Shown: positions 14,050 through 28,120 of the stretch, piece by piece
Position numbering within the stretch: the first letter of the stretch is position 1
Layout: the number at the start of each line of letters is the position of its first letter
Source of the DNA: Octopus sinensis
Taxonomy: Eukaryota
Assembly: GCF_006345805.1 (NCBI RefSeq)
Contig: NC_042997.1
Location: 187,674,001-187,738,000 of the forward strand
Length of the DNA: 64,000 bases
Direction of reading: 5' to 3'
Notes under the pieces: model-generated
Seen by the model: the letters and a program-made list of their open reading frames with translations, nothing else
What the model was told of the DNA's origin: nothing
Database searches by the model: none
Translations under genes and position numbers: made by a program

Positions 14050-14345
14050 AAAACTGTCACTCCAACAGTTATGACGATGAGGGTTCCAGTTAACCTGCTG
14101 ATGAAATTAGTGTGCAAGTGGTTGAGCACTCCACAGACATGCATATCTTTAGCATAGTTCTCAGGGAGATTCAGGGTAATAAAGAATGTAACAAGGTCAG
14201 CACTTTGAATTACAGATATAATCAATTTTTGACAGTTGAGTGGATTGGAGCAACATGAAATAAAGTGTCTTGCTCAAGGACACAGTGCACCAATGGAAAT
14301 TGAACTCATGATCTTATGATTACTCTAACCACTAAGCCATGCACC
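14050..14345 (-). mobile_element. tRNA-derived SINE, family 3-like (decayed)
   Basis: Minus-strand ggcttagtggttagag A-box and gagttcaattt B-box remnants; cttgagcaagacacttta motif shared with the 26.2-kb copy. Confidence 0.55.
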
Positions 14346-14444
14346 TTCACCAAATACTAAACATTGTTTGAAATCACAGAAAATGTTTAAACAATGGTTG
14401 ATGAAGAGGATTCATTTATTATTTTATCATCCTATTTTTTAATG

Positions 14445-15094
14445 TCACAGTTGAGGGAATATGTGGAAGAATTAGACCCAGGAAGACCTGGGATGAGGTG
14501 GTGAAGCACGACCTTCGAATATTGGGCCTCACCAAGGCAATGACTAGTGACCGAGACCTTTGGAAATATACTGTGCTTGAGAAGACTCAGCAAGCTAAGT
14601 GAGACCATAACCCATGACCTATGCTAGCAGTGTAACCGGCCTACATATGCATTGCTTGCGAAGACCCGTTGAGGCAAATGAAATCACAATCAAAACCAAA
14701 TTCACTGACATGGCCAATGACAGCACTGCCTGACTGGCACCCGTGCCAGTGGAACATTAAAGGCACTATCTGAGCATGATTGTTGCCAGGACCACTGATT
14801 GGCTCCCATGCCGGTGGAATATAAAATGCACCATTCGAGTGTGATCATTACCAGCATGGCCTTACTGGCACATAAAAAATACCATTTGAGTGTGGCTGTC
14901 GCCAGTACCACCTGACTGGCCCTTGTGCCGGTGGCATGTAAGAACATCCACTACACTCTCAGAGTGGTTGGCATTAGGAGGGACATCCAGCTGTAGAAAC
15001 TCTGCCTGGTGCAGCTATCTGGCTTGCCAGTCCTCAGTCAAACCGTCCAACCCATGCCAGCATGGAAAGCGGACGTTAAACAATGATGATGATG
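14445..15094 (+). mobile_element. RTE LINE 3' end (C-terminal ORF plus 3' UTR)
   Basis: VEGICGRIRPRKTWDEVVKHDLRILGLTKAMTSDRDLWKY; ends gacgttaaacaatgatgatgatg. Confidence 0.8.
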
Positions 15095-15290
15095 AATTCA
15101 TTTATGCTTGTCTTTTCTTTTTGTCACTTTGCCCTAATAAAGTTCTTTTTGCTTTCACTTAGTTCTGTAAATTTTGTATGTTTATGTTAGGTTTCAATAT
15201 TTATACTTCATCTAGTGCATACATTTTCATGTATGTGTGTGTGTGCATGCGCATGTGTGTATGGGTGTGTATGTATATCATTACCATCAT

Positions 15291-16587
15291 ATCATCATCA
15301 TTGTTTAATGTCCACTTTCTATGCTGGCATGGGTTGGACAGTTTGACATGGAGCTGGCTAGCAGGGAGCTGTCCAGACTCCTACTGTCTGTTGCAGCATG
15401 GTTTCTATGGCTGGATGCCCTTCATAATGCCAACCACTTAACAGAGTGCACTGGGTGTTTTTTACAGCACAGGTATGTTAATGCAGCACCAGCACAAGTG
15501 CTTTTTAAGTGTCACCGGCACCTGAAAGGACAAGTCTGTATGTGTAGAAGACAGTGATTTTACTTAACTTGATGCATCTTATCAAGTACAGTAAATCACC
15601 ACATCACTCGATCCCTTGTCATTTCTTCAGTGAGGCCCAGCATCCAAAGATAATTTCTCTCCACTTCATCGCACGTCTTTCTGGATCCATCCCTTCCACA
15701 GGTACTCCCCACAATTAGAGCTCAGCACTTCTTTATGCAGCTGTCCTCATCCACAAACACCACATGACCAAATCAGTGCAGTCTTCTCTCTTGCACACAA
15801 CATCTGATGTTTCTTATACCCAGTTTTCCTCTTAAATCATTTACACTCTGCCATGCATGCACACTGACATTACTCATCCACCGAAGTATGCTAGCTTCAT
15901 TTCTTTCAAGCCTTCAGAAGTCCTCTGTAGTCAAAGCCCACATTTCACTGCCCCTGCATGTAAAATAGCTGTATGTACAAAGTCATCATACAATCTGCTT
16001 TTCAATCTCAGGGAGAGGCCCTTAGTTACCAACAAAGGTAGAAGCTCTCTGAACTTTGCCAAGCCTGTTCTTATTCTAGCAACTACACTTTCAGAACTCC
16101 TTCCCTCACTGCTAACTTGGTTTCCTAGGTAACAGAAGCTATCTATTACATCTAATGATTCACCCAAACATTTGTGGGAGCCTATTGTCTGTGTAGTTTT
16201 AGTACTCATTGTACCTGCATGTTTGCCACACACAATGACTATATTCTCTGTTAACCTTCCTTTGATACTGCTGCACCTCTTATGTGTCCAAAGCTTGCAC
16301 TGGGTACAACATATGGAGTTTCTACCAATGCCCTTCCAGCATGACCAGCTCACTTCTGTTTTCCTACTTACTAGGATTTTTGTTTTTGCCAAATGAACCC
16401 TAATGCCTTTAGATTCCAGACCTTGTTTCCACACCTGAAATTTCTTCTCTAGATCAGGTAGTGATTCAGCTATAAGAACAAGATCATCAGTGTAGAGGAG
16501 TTCACAGGGACAGCTGGTCTTGAATTCCTCTGGAGGACAAAGATAAAGAAGAAGGGGTTGAGAACTGAGCCTTGGTGGACTCCTACT

Positions 16588-16590
<3 letters not shown>
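15291..16590 (-). mobile_element. 5'-truncated RTE LINE (RT C-terminal half to tail)
   Basis: VGVHQGSVLNPF, LLYTDDL, WKQGLESKG.RV.LAKTKILVS, CTQCKLWTHKRCS, FCYLGNQVSS; (CAT)n tail at 15291. Confidence 0.9.
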
Positions 16591-16634
<44 letters not shown>

Positions 16635-16688
16635 ATTGTTCCCCTGCTGAGAATAATGTGTAGATGTAAGTACCAGTTAAGCACTGGG

Positions 16689-16935
16689 GTCATCATCATC
16701 ATCATCATCATCGTTTAACGTCCGTTTTCCACGCTAGCACGGGTTGGACGGTTTCGACCGGGGTCTGGGGAGCTCGGGACTGCCCCAGGCTCCAGTCTAG
16801 TCTGGCAGTGTTTCTACAGCTGGATGCCCTTCCTAACGCCAACCACTCCGCGAGTGTAGTGGGTGTTTTTTACGTGCCACCTGCACAGGTGCCAGAGGGG
16901 TCTGGCATCGGCCACGTTTGGATGGTGCTTTTTAT
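16689..16935 (-). mobile_element. RTE-LINE 3' end fragment
   Basis: (CAT)n plus shared 3' UTR; truncated at the G-run at 16936. Confidence 0.75.
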
Positions 16936-17173
16936 GGGGGGGGGGACAGAAATATAGGGGAGCACCAGTGGGAGGGGTGGTTCAGAGGACAGGTTCTAGG
17001 CAAGTAGAACGTAGGATATCGAGGGAGGGGTAATGCATGGTGAAATAACGTATTGAAGAGGGGGGTTCAAAGAGTAGACACCTATAATGGTGGTGGGAGA
17101 AACGACATCCGGTATAGTTGGAGCAAAATAGAGATATCCGGTATTGGTGGTGGGGGTGGGTAGGGCGGGCGCG

Positions 17174-18262
17174 CCGCGAAGAATCGGCGGCCAATTCGAT
17201 CAGCTCTGTAAGGGAGATCTTAAATATCTATAACGATAACTAATGAATTATACAGAATATGCAAAAACGAGGCGAGGCTGAAATAGTAGACAGAGTGGCG
17301 ACTAGGGGGATCAGAATAATAATAAATAATAAATAATTAGTAAACAGAGTGGCGACTAGGGGGATCAGAATAATAATAAATAATAAATAGTAAATAATAA
17401 ATAATAAATAGAGATACGGGATGAATTAAAGTTCAAAGATTTCTTATCTTGGGATCACTTCGTTTACGGACAGACTTGGCAAAAGGAATTCGAAATCAAG
17501 AATGAGGCAGGTTACTAGCTTAAGTATGCATAGCCATGGAGAGGAGTAGGAAGAGAGGAGTCCAGACAATATAAAAGAGGGGGAGAGAAGGGAAGAGAAC
17601 CCCGCGAAGAATCGGCGGCCAATTCAATCAGCTCTGTAAGGGAGATCTTAAACATCTATAACGATAACTAATGAATTATACAGAATATGCAAAAACGAGG
17701 CGAGGCTGAAATAGTAAACAGAGTGGCGACTAGGGGGATCAGAATAATAATAAATAATAAATAATTAGTAAACAGAGTGGCGACTAGGGGGATCAGAATA
17801 ATAATAAATAATAAATAATAAATAGAGATACGGGATGAATTAAAGTTCAAAGATTTCTTATCTTGGGATCACTTCGTTTACGGACAGACTTGGCAAAAGG
17901 AATTCGAAATCAAGAATGAGGCAGGTTACTAGCTTAAGTATGCATAGCCATGGAGAGGAGTAGGAAGAGAGGAGTCCAGACAATATAAAAGAGGGGGAGA
18001 GAAGGGAAGAGAACCCCGCGAAGAATCGGCGGCCAATTTGATCAGCTCTGTAAGGGAGATCTTAAACATCTATAACGATAACTAATGAATTATACAGAAT
18101 ATGCAAAAACGAGGCGAGGCTGAAATAGTAAACAGAGTGGCGACTAGGGGGATCAGAATAATAATAAATAATAAATAATTAGTAAACAGAGTGGCGACTA
18201 GGGGGATCAGAATAATAATAAATAGAGATACGGGATGAATTAAAGTTCAAAGATTTCTTATC
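17174..18262. repeat. Nested tandem array: 2.6 units of ~420 bp, each with two ~54-bp subrepeats
   Basis: ccgcgaagaatcggcggcc at 17174, 17602 and 18016; cagagtggcgactagggggatcagaataataataaa twice per unit; units nearly identical. Confidence 0.95.
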
Positions 18263-18980
18263 ATATAAACAATTTACTCCTTTCCCAAAAATTTCAGGCC
18301 TTGTGCCAATAGTAGAAAAGAAATTATACACACACATATTTAGTTCTAAACAGCTGTTCTATTTAAATAAAAAGACAAGCAACACTGAACAATGCTTGAG
18401 ATACCACAACCTAATTTCAAACTACAGCTGACAAGTACCTTGGGTTACTGAGCTTGACACTGCAAAATTATCAAATTCAACCTCACACTTCAGATGGGAA
18501 AACTGACAGAATTCACAAAGAAACATTATTTAATATATTTTATGAGCTAACTATTAATTGTTTGTATGTTGTTGTTGTTTTGCTATTTTTTTCTTTTTTT
18601 GCAAAACAACAATTAGCCCTTGTTCATACTTGCTAAAGGACTGGCTCTCTACATTACAGCTATCTGGGACACTATAACTTTTTGGTGCCTTTGCTTATAG
18701 AGGTTCAGTGAATTTATGACAACAACAACAAAAATAACATCTTTTTTTGTTCTTTTATATTTCAAATGTTTTTTCAGTAGACACACACACACACGGCTGA
18801 GTGATTAAGAAGCTTGAGTTGACTCCCACAGTGACACTTTGGACAAGAGTCTTCTGCTGGGGCCCCAAGCTGATTAAAGCCTTGTGAATAGATTTGATAG
18901 ATGGAAATTGAAAGAAGCCTGTCATATACATGTATATACATATACGTGTGTGCATGTGTGCATGCACATACACACACATG

Positions 18981-19591
18981 TTTGGAGTGATGAAGCTACA
19001 TTTAAATTAAATAGCTCAGTTAACTACCACAATTACACCTACTGGGAGCCTGAGAATCCATATATTACAGAAGAACATTGTAAATTGGACCATTATTCTT
19101 CAACAGCAGCAATAATCTGTCAAAACCAAGCATTCAAGAGAACTTTGAAAATGTGGAGTTTTATTTCTAACAAGATGAAGCACCCCTACACAACTATGTT
19201 AATGTAAGGGCCTACCTCAAGATTTTGCCAAAGATTGGATGAAAAGGTTCAGCAGAAAACCCTCCACTTTCACCAGACCTCACACCACTAGACTTATTTT
19301 TTCTGGAGAATCTTAAAAGATAAAGTTTACAATACTAGCACAGAAATAAATGAATTAAGGGCAGCTATTGAATGAGAATGTTCACAATTACTGAATGTAA
19401 TGTTTCTTGATGCTTGCAATTCCACTGCTTCACATCACATTATCAGCAATGCTTGAACCAGAAAAAGGAATTCATAAAAAAATTAAATTCAGTGTGTAGA
19501 TTCTATTATATTTTGAAAATATAATGAAATTTATTCAACTCTCACTTTATAATCATTCAACGTGTGTACACTTTGTTTGGGATGCCCTGTG
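18981..19591 (+). mobile_element. Decayed Tc1/mariner transposase 3' fragment
   Basis: [26 protein letters not shown]; later ccagacctcacaccactagacttattt (PDLTPLDL) and LKDKVY. Confidence 0.7.
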
Positions 19592-19597
19592 TGTGTA

Positions 19598-19631
<34 letters not shown>

Positions 19632-19803
19632 CAAATTGAGATAGGGGTTGTAAATGCAACCCTCCATGGGATAACATATATCCAATATACTGCTAGTGAA
19701 GTACCCAACAAAGTTAATACATAAATGTTAAGGATTGCGATGCAATCAATTCATTTACTGTATTATATGGGCAAAGGTAAAATGATTTACCACAAATTAC
19801 TAA

Positions 19804-20071
19804 TACAAGATAAGAAAATGGAGAAATACATCTAAATCAAATATCAAATACCAGATAATACTCAATCATATACTTTATTAAACCACTATACAACATTACT
19901 CTTTTATGTACACTTTTTTATGTACATTCCTTTATGTACACTGATTTGTTCTGCTTTTTTTATGTTTAACCCTACAGTCTCTTATGTAGTGGTTTAATAA
20001 AGTATGTGATTGAGTATTATCTGGTATTTGATATTTGATTTAGATGTATTTCTCCATTTTCTTATCTTGTA
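19804..20071. mobile_element. MITE-like fold-back element with 85-bp inverted arms
   Basis: 19804-19888 is the reverse complement of 19987-20071 with one mismatch; TA at both ends; loop has tttatgtaca x3. Confidence 0.7.
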
Positions 20072-20124
20072 TATATATATATATATATATTTCTTATTTT
20101 GGTACCATACCAGCAATTCTGAAG

Positions 20125-20292
20125 GGTAGGGAAGTTGATCACATAGAGTGTTCAACTGGTACTTATTTTACTGACCCTGAAAGAATAAAAGGCAAAGTCA
20201 ACCTTGACAGAATTTGAACTCAGAGTGATGGATGAAATGTTGCTGAGCATTTTGCTTGGTGTGCTAAAAATTTTGCTAGCTCACTACCTTAC
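20125..20292 (-). mobile_element. tRNA-derived SINE, family 2
   Basis: gagctagcaaaattttagcacacc..ctgagttcaaattctgtcaag..tcagtaaaataagtacc on the minus strand; matches 26.9, 28.0 and 61.8 kb. Confidence 0.65.
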
Positions 20293-20305
20293 CACCCTAT
20301 ATATA

Positions 20306-21786
20306 CAGGGTGGGCCAGAATGATGGGACACATTTTAAATGCTAGTGTCTTGGATTATAAAAATGACATAGAGTACCAAATATATTTATTACATAACTGA
20401 TATACAGGAGTTCAACATATTATCTACAATTTTACTATTTTTTACATGTAGTTGGTTTTAGTAACCCTCATAATGTTGTGAACTCCAAAAGAAATTGTAT
20501 ATATGGTCAAAGCATATTTAACCAGCCAAAGATCTATTGTTGCAGCCCAAAGAAAACTCCAACAGCATTTTGGAAAGCAACAGGTACCATCTCAAAATGT
20601 GATTTTGCATACTGTTACAAACTTCCATGAGACAGACAATACTGAGAAGAAAAATCCTCAGATCAACCTTGAACATCTCATAGTGCAGAGAACTACCAAA
20701 GTGTGGGAAAAACTATTGAACGAAGTCCCTCAAAGTCCATGCATTGACTGGCTCAACAGTTCAATATTTCACAACCAGTGTTAAAAGGATTTTAAAATAA
20801 GACCAACACTTGTATCCATATAAGGTACACCTAGTACAGCAATTGCTTCTGCCAGATAAGGTGCAAAGAAAGACTTTTAGAGACTTTTTGTTTGTCAATA
20901 CGTGCAGGAAGGAAGAGGATTTTAGCCATCACTTGGTCACACCAGATGAAGCTCATTTTAACCTTTCTGATTATATTAATAAACAAACTGTAGGTTTTGG
21001 GGTTGTGAAAGTCCTCAAATTATGCACGAAAGGCCTTTGCACACTGAGAGGGTTACAGTGTGGTGTGCAGTGACTTATGAGTGGCCCTTACTTTTTTTGA
21101 GGACAAACATGGTGCAACTGTAACAGTAACTGCTGAGCACTACAACCATATGTCAAAGACTTTCTTCTTTCTTGAGCTACAAAGACTTGCCCTGACACAA
21201 ATGTGGGTGCAAGAACATGGTGTCACTAGTTATACAGTGCGACTGTCAATTACAACTCTTCAAGAACAATTCCCCAAACAACACAATTTGAGATTTGGTG
21301 ATATCCACTGGCCATCCAGATTACCGGATCTAACCCCAGTGGACTACTTTCTGTGGAGTTACCTCAAGTATAGGGTATATGCAAGAAGGCCCCACACAGC
21401 AGCGAAACAAAAACAAAGCATCTGTAGAGGGATTGCAGCCATTTCAGTTGATATGCTAAGCTGCAGTGTGCTTGATATGAGAAGGTGAGCTTGTGAATGT
21501 TCTTTTCATGGTGGTGACCACTTCCAGATCATCATCATCATCGTTTAACATCCGTTCTCCATGATAGCATGGGTTGGATGGTTCAACCGGGGATCTGGGA
21601 AGCCAGAAGGCTGCACCAGGCTCCAGTCTGATCTGGCAGTGTTTCTACAGATGCACTATTCAAATCTTAGATAATATGTTAAACTTCTGTAAATTAAGTT
21701 ATGTAATAAATTTGGTACTCTATGTCATTTTTATAATCCAAGATACTAAGCATTTAAAATGTGTCCCATCATTATGGCCCACTCTA
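20306..21786 (+). mobile_element. Tc1/mariner element with ~100-bp TIRs and decayed transposase (DD41D-like spacing)
   Basis: TA-cagggtgggccagaatgatgggacacatttt / matching right end; fragments YPYKVHLVQQL, TPDEAHFNL, WPSRLPDLTPVDYFLWSYLK; 41 residues between the second catalytic position (here H) and the third D; RTE 3' fragment inserted at ~21530-21650. Confidence 0.85.
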
Positions 21787-24125
21787 TATATGTTTTGCCC
21801 AACAACCATCCCCAACAAAAAAAAATATATCTATGATTCTAATAGACATTTCTTTCTTCTAATTCAAGAAATGATTGTCTCATTTCCACTCATTTCCTTG
21901 ACACTGATAAACAAATATAGCATACAGTAAAGATAATGCAAGCAGGTTAGTTCAGCGGTAGACTTATGAAAATGTAGCTGTTACTATTTGATATAGTAAC
22001 TAATTCTCCACATTTAGAATACTAGGATACACTCTAAAGCAGGGGTTCACAAACAAAGGTGTGTGTGTGTGTGTACTCCTTCAGGGGTGTGTGAGATTTG
22101 TGAAAACACTGGAATTTGAAGTAATCACAATCACCAATGGTACATTCTTAAATTTACTAAACAGTGTTAATAATTTTTTCTTTTTAGTTTTCAAATATGA
22201 TGTTTGAAAGTATAAATTAACAGCAAACTATACATTGTCTGTTTTATGGTATCCATAAAATGGTATCCACTTATTGTCTGTTCCATGATACTCAATTTTT
22301 TCACAATATATTTCACATAAGACATGTGCCAACACTGGAAGAAAAATTTGAGAATAGCTACTCAAGAGGAAATCAATTTAATTGATAACAAAACAAGCTG
22401 AGTCAATCCATGCCTTATTCCAAAGTTGTATAGTATCATTTAGAAAGAACCAGAGAAATTAAAGGGCAAAAGGAAGAACAAAATCTCATGAATTGTAAAC
22501 AAGAAGTCCTTAGAACATGATACTCGACTGAACCCAGAGCTGTTTAACAAGTCTGTTAAAATAAGGACTTAAAAGTGAAATATTTTGCATTCCAACCAAA
22601 AGAACATAAGGTTCTTAAAATGGAAATTTCCCGATGGTAGGCCTCTGAAGGAGACAAACAATTGTAAAATTTATATGCAAAGAAATTAAATATTTAATCT
22701 AAGTTTTGAAAATTCAACTATTAACTTGAACAGTAATACATTTCTGAATGTTTATAGTGTTTTGATTTTACCAGGAAAAGAAAGTTGCTAAAGAAAATTA
22801 AAATAAGTATCATTTAATACATTCAGTTGAAATAAAAAGAGAATTTCTTCTGCTACTAGTTTAATGGCACTGAACTAAATATATTACACTAGCTAAATAT
22901 AATACATTAGAAATATATTACATTAAGTGTTAAGCATGAGCTTCAATAAAGAGGAGTGACAGATAAGTTCTAAACAAATATTTATTAACTGGTACAAGAT
23001 CTAAAACTGGCTGTTGTAAATGTCTAGGCCAGTTTGTTTTGCTACTACAAAATAGAGGTTGACAAAACAGCTGGCTTCCTAATCTTGACCTGCTACTGGT
23101 CAAATTAGTTTGACAGTTTTATCACTGAAGAACTTCTTAGTAGGTCAGTAGGGTGATGTGCTGCTGCCTTTCTAACAACCCTTTCCTAACTCCTCCAACA
23201 TACACCTACACACACAATAAATATATTATCTTCTGTTGTACCACAGAGTGGGTATTAATCTTGTGTGTTTGTTATTGCTTAGTCCCAAGTCAACCCCGCT
23301 TGAGTAGATCTACAGTGAAAAGTACTCCTGCCCTGACCACCCCATTTTTTATGTACATCAGGAGCTACAGTGTACAAACTGTCCTTTCTTTTTTTAAGAC
23401 AGCAGAATTTAAGGGAGATCTGAATTGTTTCTAGCAGGTCAAGAGACCAGATAGAGGCTCTCTCTTAATCTTATGTAAACGGCAATAGTAATAAATAGTT
23501 TAAAAATAGAAATTTTAAAGGATGATTTGATAAAAAGACAAGATAAAAAATATATACAAGTTTGTAAAGACACTTCGCTGCTCAACCTGCTAGAAATAGC
23601 AGCTAAACTTCACTTAAAACCTACCATAAGTAAGGAAAAACACATTAGATAATGTAATTGTGCATATTCCTAAAAAGATGTGTTTGTTGAATAAACTTAA
23701 TGAAATTACTATCAATATCAGTCAAGAACTGGAATTGATTTAACCAATTATCTCCTCAATAGGATTTTAGGCCAATCATTATTTCTATTCATTACAGATA
23801 TTATACAATGAAACAATCTGTAAGATTCAGTGGAGTGTGTGTGGAATCAATGAAGTAAGAATGTTTCTGGACAATCTTATTGCAGATGACAGTTGTGTTG
23901 ATATGTATATGACTGAAAAAAGAAAGAAAGAAAAATCCCTTCTATCTCATTAAGTAAATGAAACTATAAATATTTTAATAACTAATAATTTCAAGAATGA
24001 AACAGACACTGATCAACATATCAATTGAACCAAAGAGGCTTAGATCTTCAGTACAATGCTGTCTCAACTGAGCTAATTTCAGCTAGCCTCATAATTTTAT
24101 AAACTGTCATTAAAATGATATTTTG

Positions 24126-24982
<857 letters not shown>

Positions 24983-25542
24983 TCCACATAAATATATACA
25001 CACACACACACACACACATATCCAACAATGGGGTGGAAAAAACCTCATTTCAAAATATAATGTTTTGTTTTAATAGAATTTTACACCTGTCTTTTACATA
25101 TTTTAAATTTGTCTAAAATCTATATATTTAAATAAATAATGGAACACACATATCATAGGTGTGAAAAGCTTCTTAACACCAAACACTTTTACTACCAGAC
25201 ATGTCAGGCTTTGATAAACACACAATTCAGATGTTACTAAGCTAGCTGAAAATAGCAGCCAAAACTCTAAATAAAGGCTGATATACAGATGATAAGACTG
25301 TCTCAGATCAAAGGCCTTGCATCACAGATTTATATTACAACTGATATAGGACTACACAACAGCACCCAAGTTTATTATAATCCATCTCACTCGCTATCTA
25401 CATGCACGTATGCGTGCATGTGCACACACACATACACTGCTTCTATCAGTCCTGCAAACTAGGAAAAGTGATTGTGAAAGAAAATGAAAAGTAATTTATG
25501 AAATGACTGTAAAATCCAAGCTTTATCTGCAGATATTATGCT

Positions 25543-26082
25543 AGGTCTGATAAAAAGAGCATCAGGACTGTTGTTATGGTAACAGAGCCAAAGTACACAG
25601 AGTGAAGCCACTTTGCACAAATTGACCTTGAACTCTGTCACACATGCACACTAAGTTATAACGTTCTCAATCACTTCTGTTGTTTATAACAATGCTCAGA
25701 AATAAAGTGTGTAGAGTGTGGTTGTTTCAAAAAGAAGATCAGACTTCAGTCGCCTGTTGAGAAGGAATTGTACTGAATTTGTCATGTTCTTCTAAGAAGT
25801 AAAAATCTGTATTGAGAAAGATGAAAACTTTTAGAAAACAGTCATAACAGACAAAGAATTGTGGGTCTATGGCTATGACCCTGAAACCAGTGGAAGACCT
25901 TAACAAGATTTCAGGATGTCAAGGAAATTCAAGAGAATACGAGAAAGCAGCTGCTCGCTATCCCCAAAAAAGGAGTTCAATGAGTGCTTCCATCAATGGT
26001 GGATAAAGTGTGTGGTTTCAGAAGAGGACTACTTCGAAAGGGATTAAATGCTGAATGGATATGTGTTATACTTTCTGATCGG

Positions 26083-26088
<6 letters not shown>
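25543..26088 (+). mobile_element. Internally deleted mariner derivative, same family as 48.4-49.3 kb
   Basis: aggtctgat..ggactgttg..ttgaccttgaac left end; tgggtctatggctatgaccctgaaacc (WVYGYDPET); tgatcggactc right end. Confidence 0.65.
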
Positions 26089-26141
<53 letters not shown>

Positions 26142-26168
26142 GCGTGTGTGTGCGTGTGTGTATGGTGA

Positions 26169-26489
26169 AGGCGCATGGTTCAGTGGTTAGAGCGTCGAGC
26201 TTATGATCGTGAGGTTGTGAGCTCGAATCCCAGACCGGGCTGTGTGTTGTGTTCTTGAGCAAGACACGTTATTTCACGTTGCTCCAGTTCACTCAGCTGT
26301 AGAAATGAGTTGCAACATCACAGGTGCCAAGCTGTATTGTCCCTTGCCTTTCCCTCGGATAACACTGGTGGTGTGGAGAGGGAAGGCCGGTATGCATGGG
26401 CGACTGCTGGTCTTCCATAAACAACCTTGCCTGGGAGGGTAACTTTCTAGGTGCAATCCCATAGTCAGTGTCATGACCGAAGGGGGTCT
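26169..26489 (+). mobile_element. tRNA-derived SINE, family 3-like
   Basis: ggcgcatggttcagtggttagagcg A-box and gagctcgaatccc B-box. Confidence 0.8.
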
Positions 26490-26523
<34 letters not shown>

Positions 26524-26914
26524 AATAATATATTGTATATCCTCGTTATAATGATTAGCAGAAAACCAAACCACCAAGAGGATGGTGTTCATTTAAACAA
26601 AGATGTTATGAAAGGAAATTTAAAGAATTAGATGTTGCTCAATGGAACTAAAAGATTAATGAGCCAACAAAAGAGTTTCTATGTAATCACTCCATCTCAG
26701 AGAAAACACAGCCAAATCAACTACAAATTATAACCTATCATCTTACAGAAAATAGACACTTTACATGTTGTGCATCATGTAATGGATGAGTGTTCCCTGA
26801 ATAAAAAATAGACAGATTTTTACTTCCTGGAAGGCATGAAACACTCAGTACAATTCCTTCTCAATAGACATTGGCTTTTTTGGAATTCAAACATTGGTTT
26901 CTTGTGTCAGATGA

Positions 26915-27135
26915 TAGTGAGACAGAAACATTAGCACACCGGGCGAAATGCTTAGCGGTGTTTCGTCTGCCGTTACGTTCTGAGTTCAAATTCCGCCATG
27001 GTCGACTTTACCTTTCATCTTTTCAGGGTCGATAAATTAAGTACCATACTAGGGTCGATGTAATTGACTTAATTGTCTGTCCTTGTTTGTCCCCTCTATG
27101 TTTAGCCCCTTGTGGTCAATAAAGAAATAAGAAAC
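26915..27135 (+). mobile_element. tRNA-derived SINE, family 2
   Basis: ttagcacaccgggcgaaatgcttagcgg..ctgagttcaaattccgcc..gggtcgataaattaagtacc. Confidence 0.8.
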
Positions 27136-27954
27136 AGGTGTCTTGCTGTAGAGAAAGTACAAGGTTACCTGTCCAGAGCGAGAGAGGGGGAGAGAGGAGA
27201 GGGAGAGAGAGATCAGGAATGAAGACATGAAATTTATTTGCCAATATTCCTGACCTGTACAGATTGCATGCTCTCATGAACTGTGAATTGCATGAAATAT
27301 TCAAATTTATCGCAGATTATGACAATTATGAAGATAAGATAAATGGCTTAAAGTCTATCTACATACAACCAGTGAACAAGATTTTTGTGAGCCACTAAAC
27401 TCATAACTCACCAACAATAGTCAACCAAATCACTGGATTAATTTTTTTTTTAACCAGCAGTTCCTGGTAGAGGAATACAACTTCAAGTTAGTGTTGGATG
27501 AGCTGTTTGCAAAACATTCAACAACAGTTGCTTTTGTTTTATAAATAATATGAAGCAGTATAAGTCTCAGAATACTTGAAAGCTCAACATATCACAAGCA
27601 GAATATTAGATTAGCTCACCAAGTAAGAAGCAATTTTAGCAGTTGCTTGGCAGAAGTGTTTTCTTTATTTTTATTTAAAATACTTCTGCAAAGTAACTGC
27701 TGAAATAACTTCTTACTTGATGAGCTAAATTATTATTTAAATCTAAATTTACTTATTTATCTGTAGAAAGTATAGGCATAATTGCAGAAAATGTCCAGCA
27801 AAAGATGCAATATGTAATAATTGTGTTAAAAAAGTCATTTTCCTTGAGTAGACAAATCATGTAAAGGATTCACAAGGAATCATTGTAAAATGTTAACTGT
27901 CTCCAACATATTCTTTTCTACTCTAGGCACAAAGCCAGTCTAGGCACAATGGGA

Positions 27955-28120
27955 GGGGGCCAGTCAATGAGATCGCCCCCAGTATGCAAATGGTGCTTAA
28001 TTAATCGACCCTGAAAGGATGAAAGGTAAAGTCAACCTAGGCAGAATTTGAACTCAGAATGCAAAGACAGACGAAATACTGTTAAGCATTTTGCCTGGTG
28101 TGCTAACATTTCTACCAGCT
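27955..28120 (-). mobile_element. tRNA-derived SINE, family 2
   Basis: Reverse complement of the family-2 head and body. Confidence 0.7.

Noticed and set aside
17174-18262. CRISPR-like look of the repeated 54-bp subunits
   Set aside because: No unique spacers, no cas genes, eukaryotic context; an ordinary nested tandem repeat
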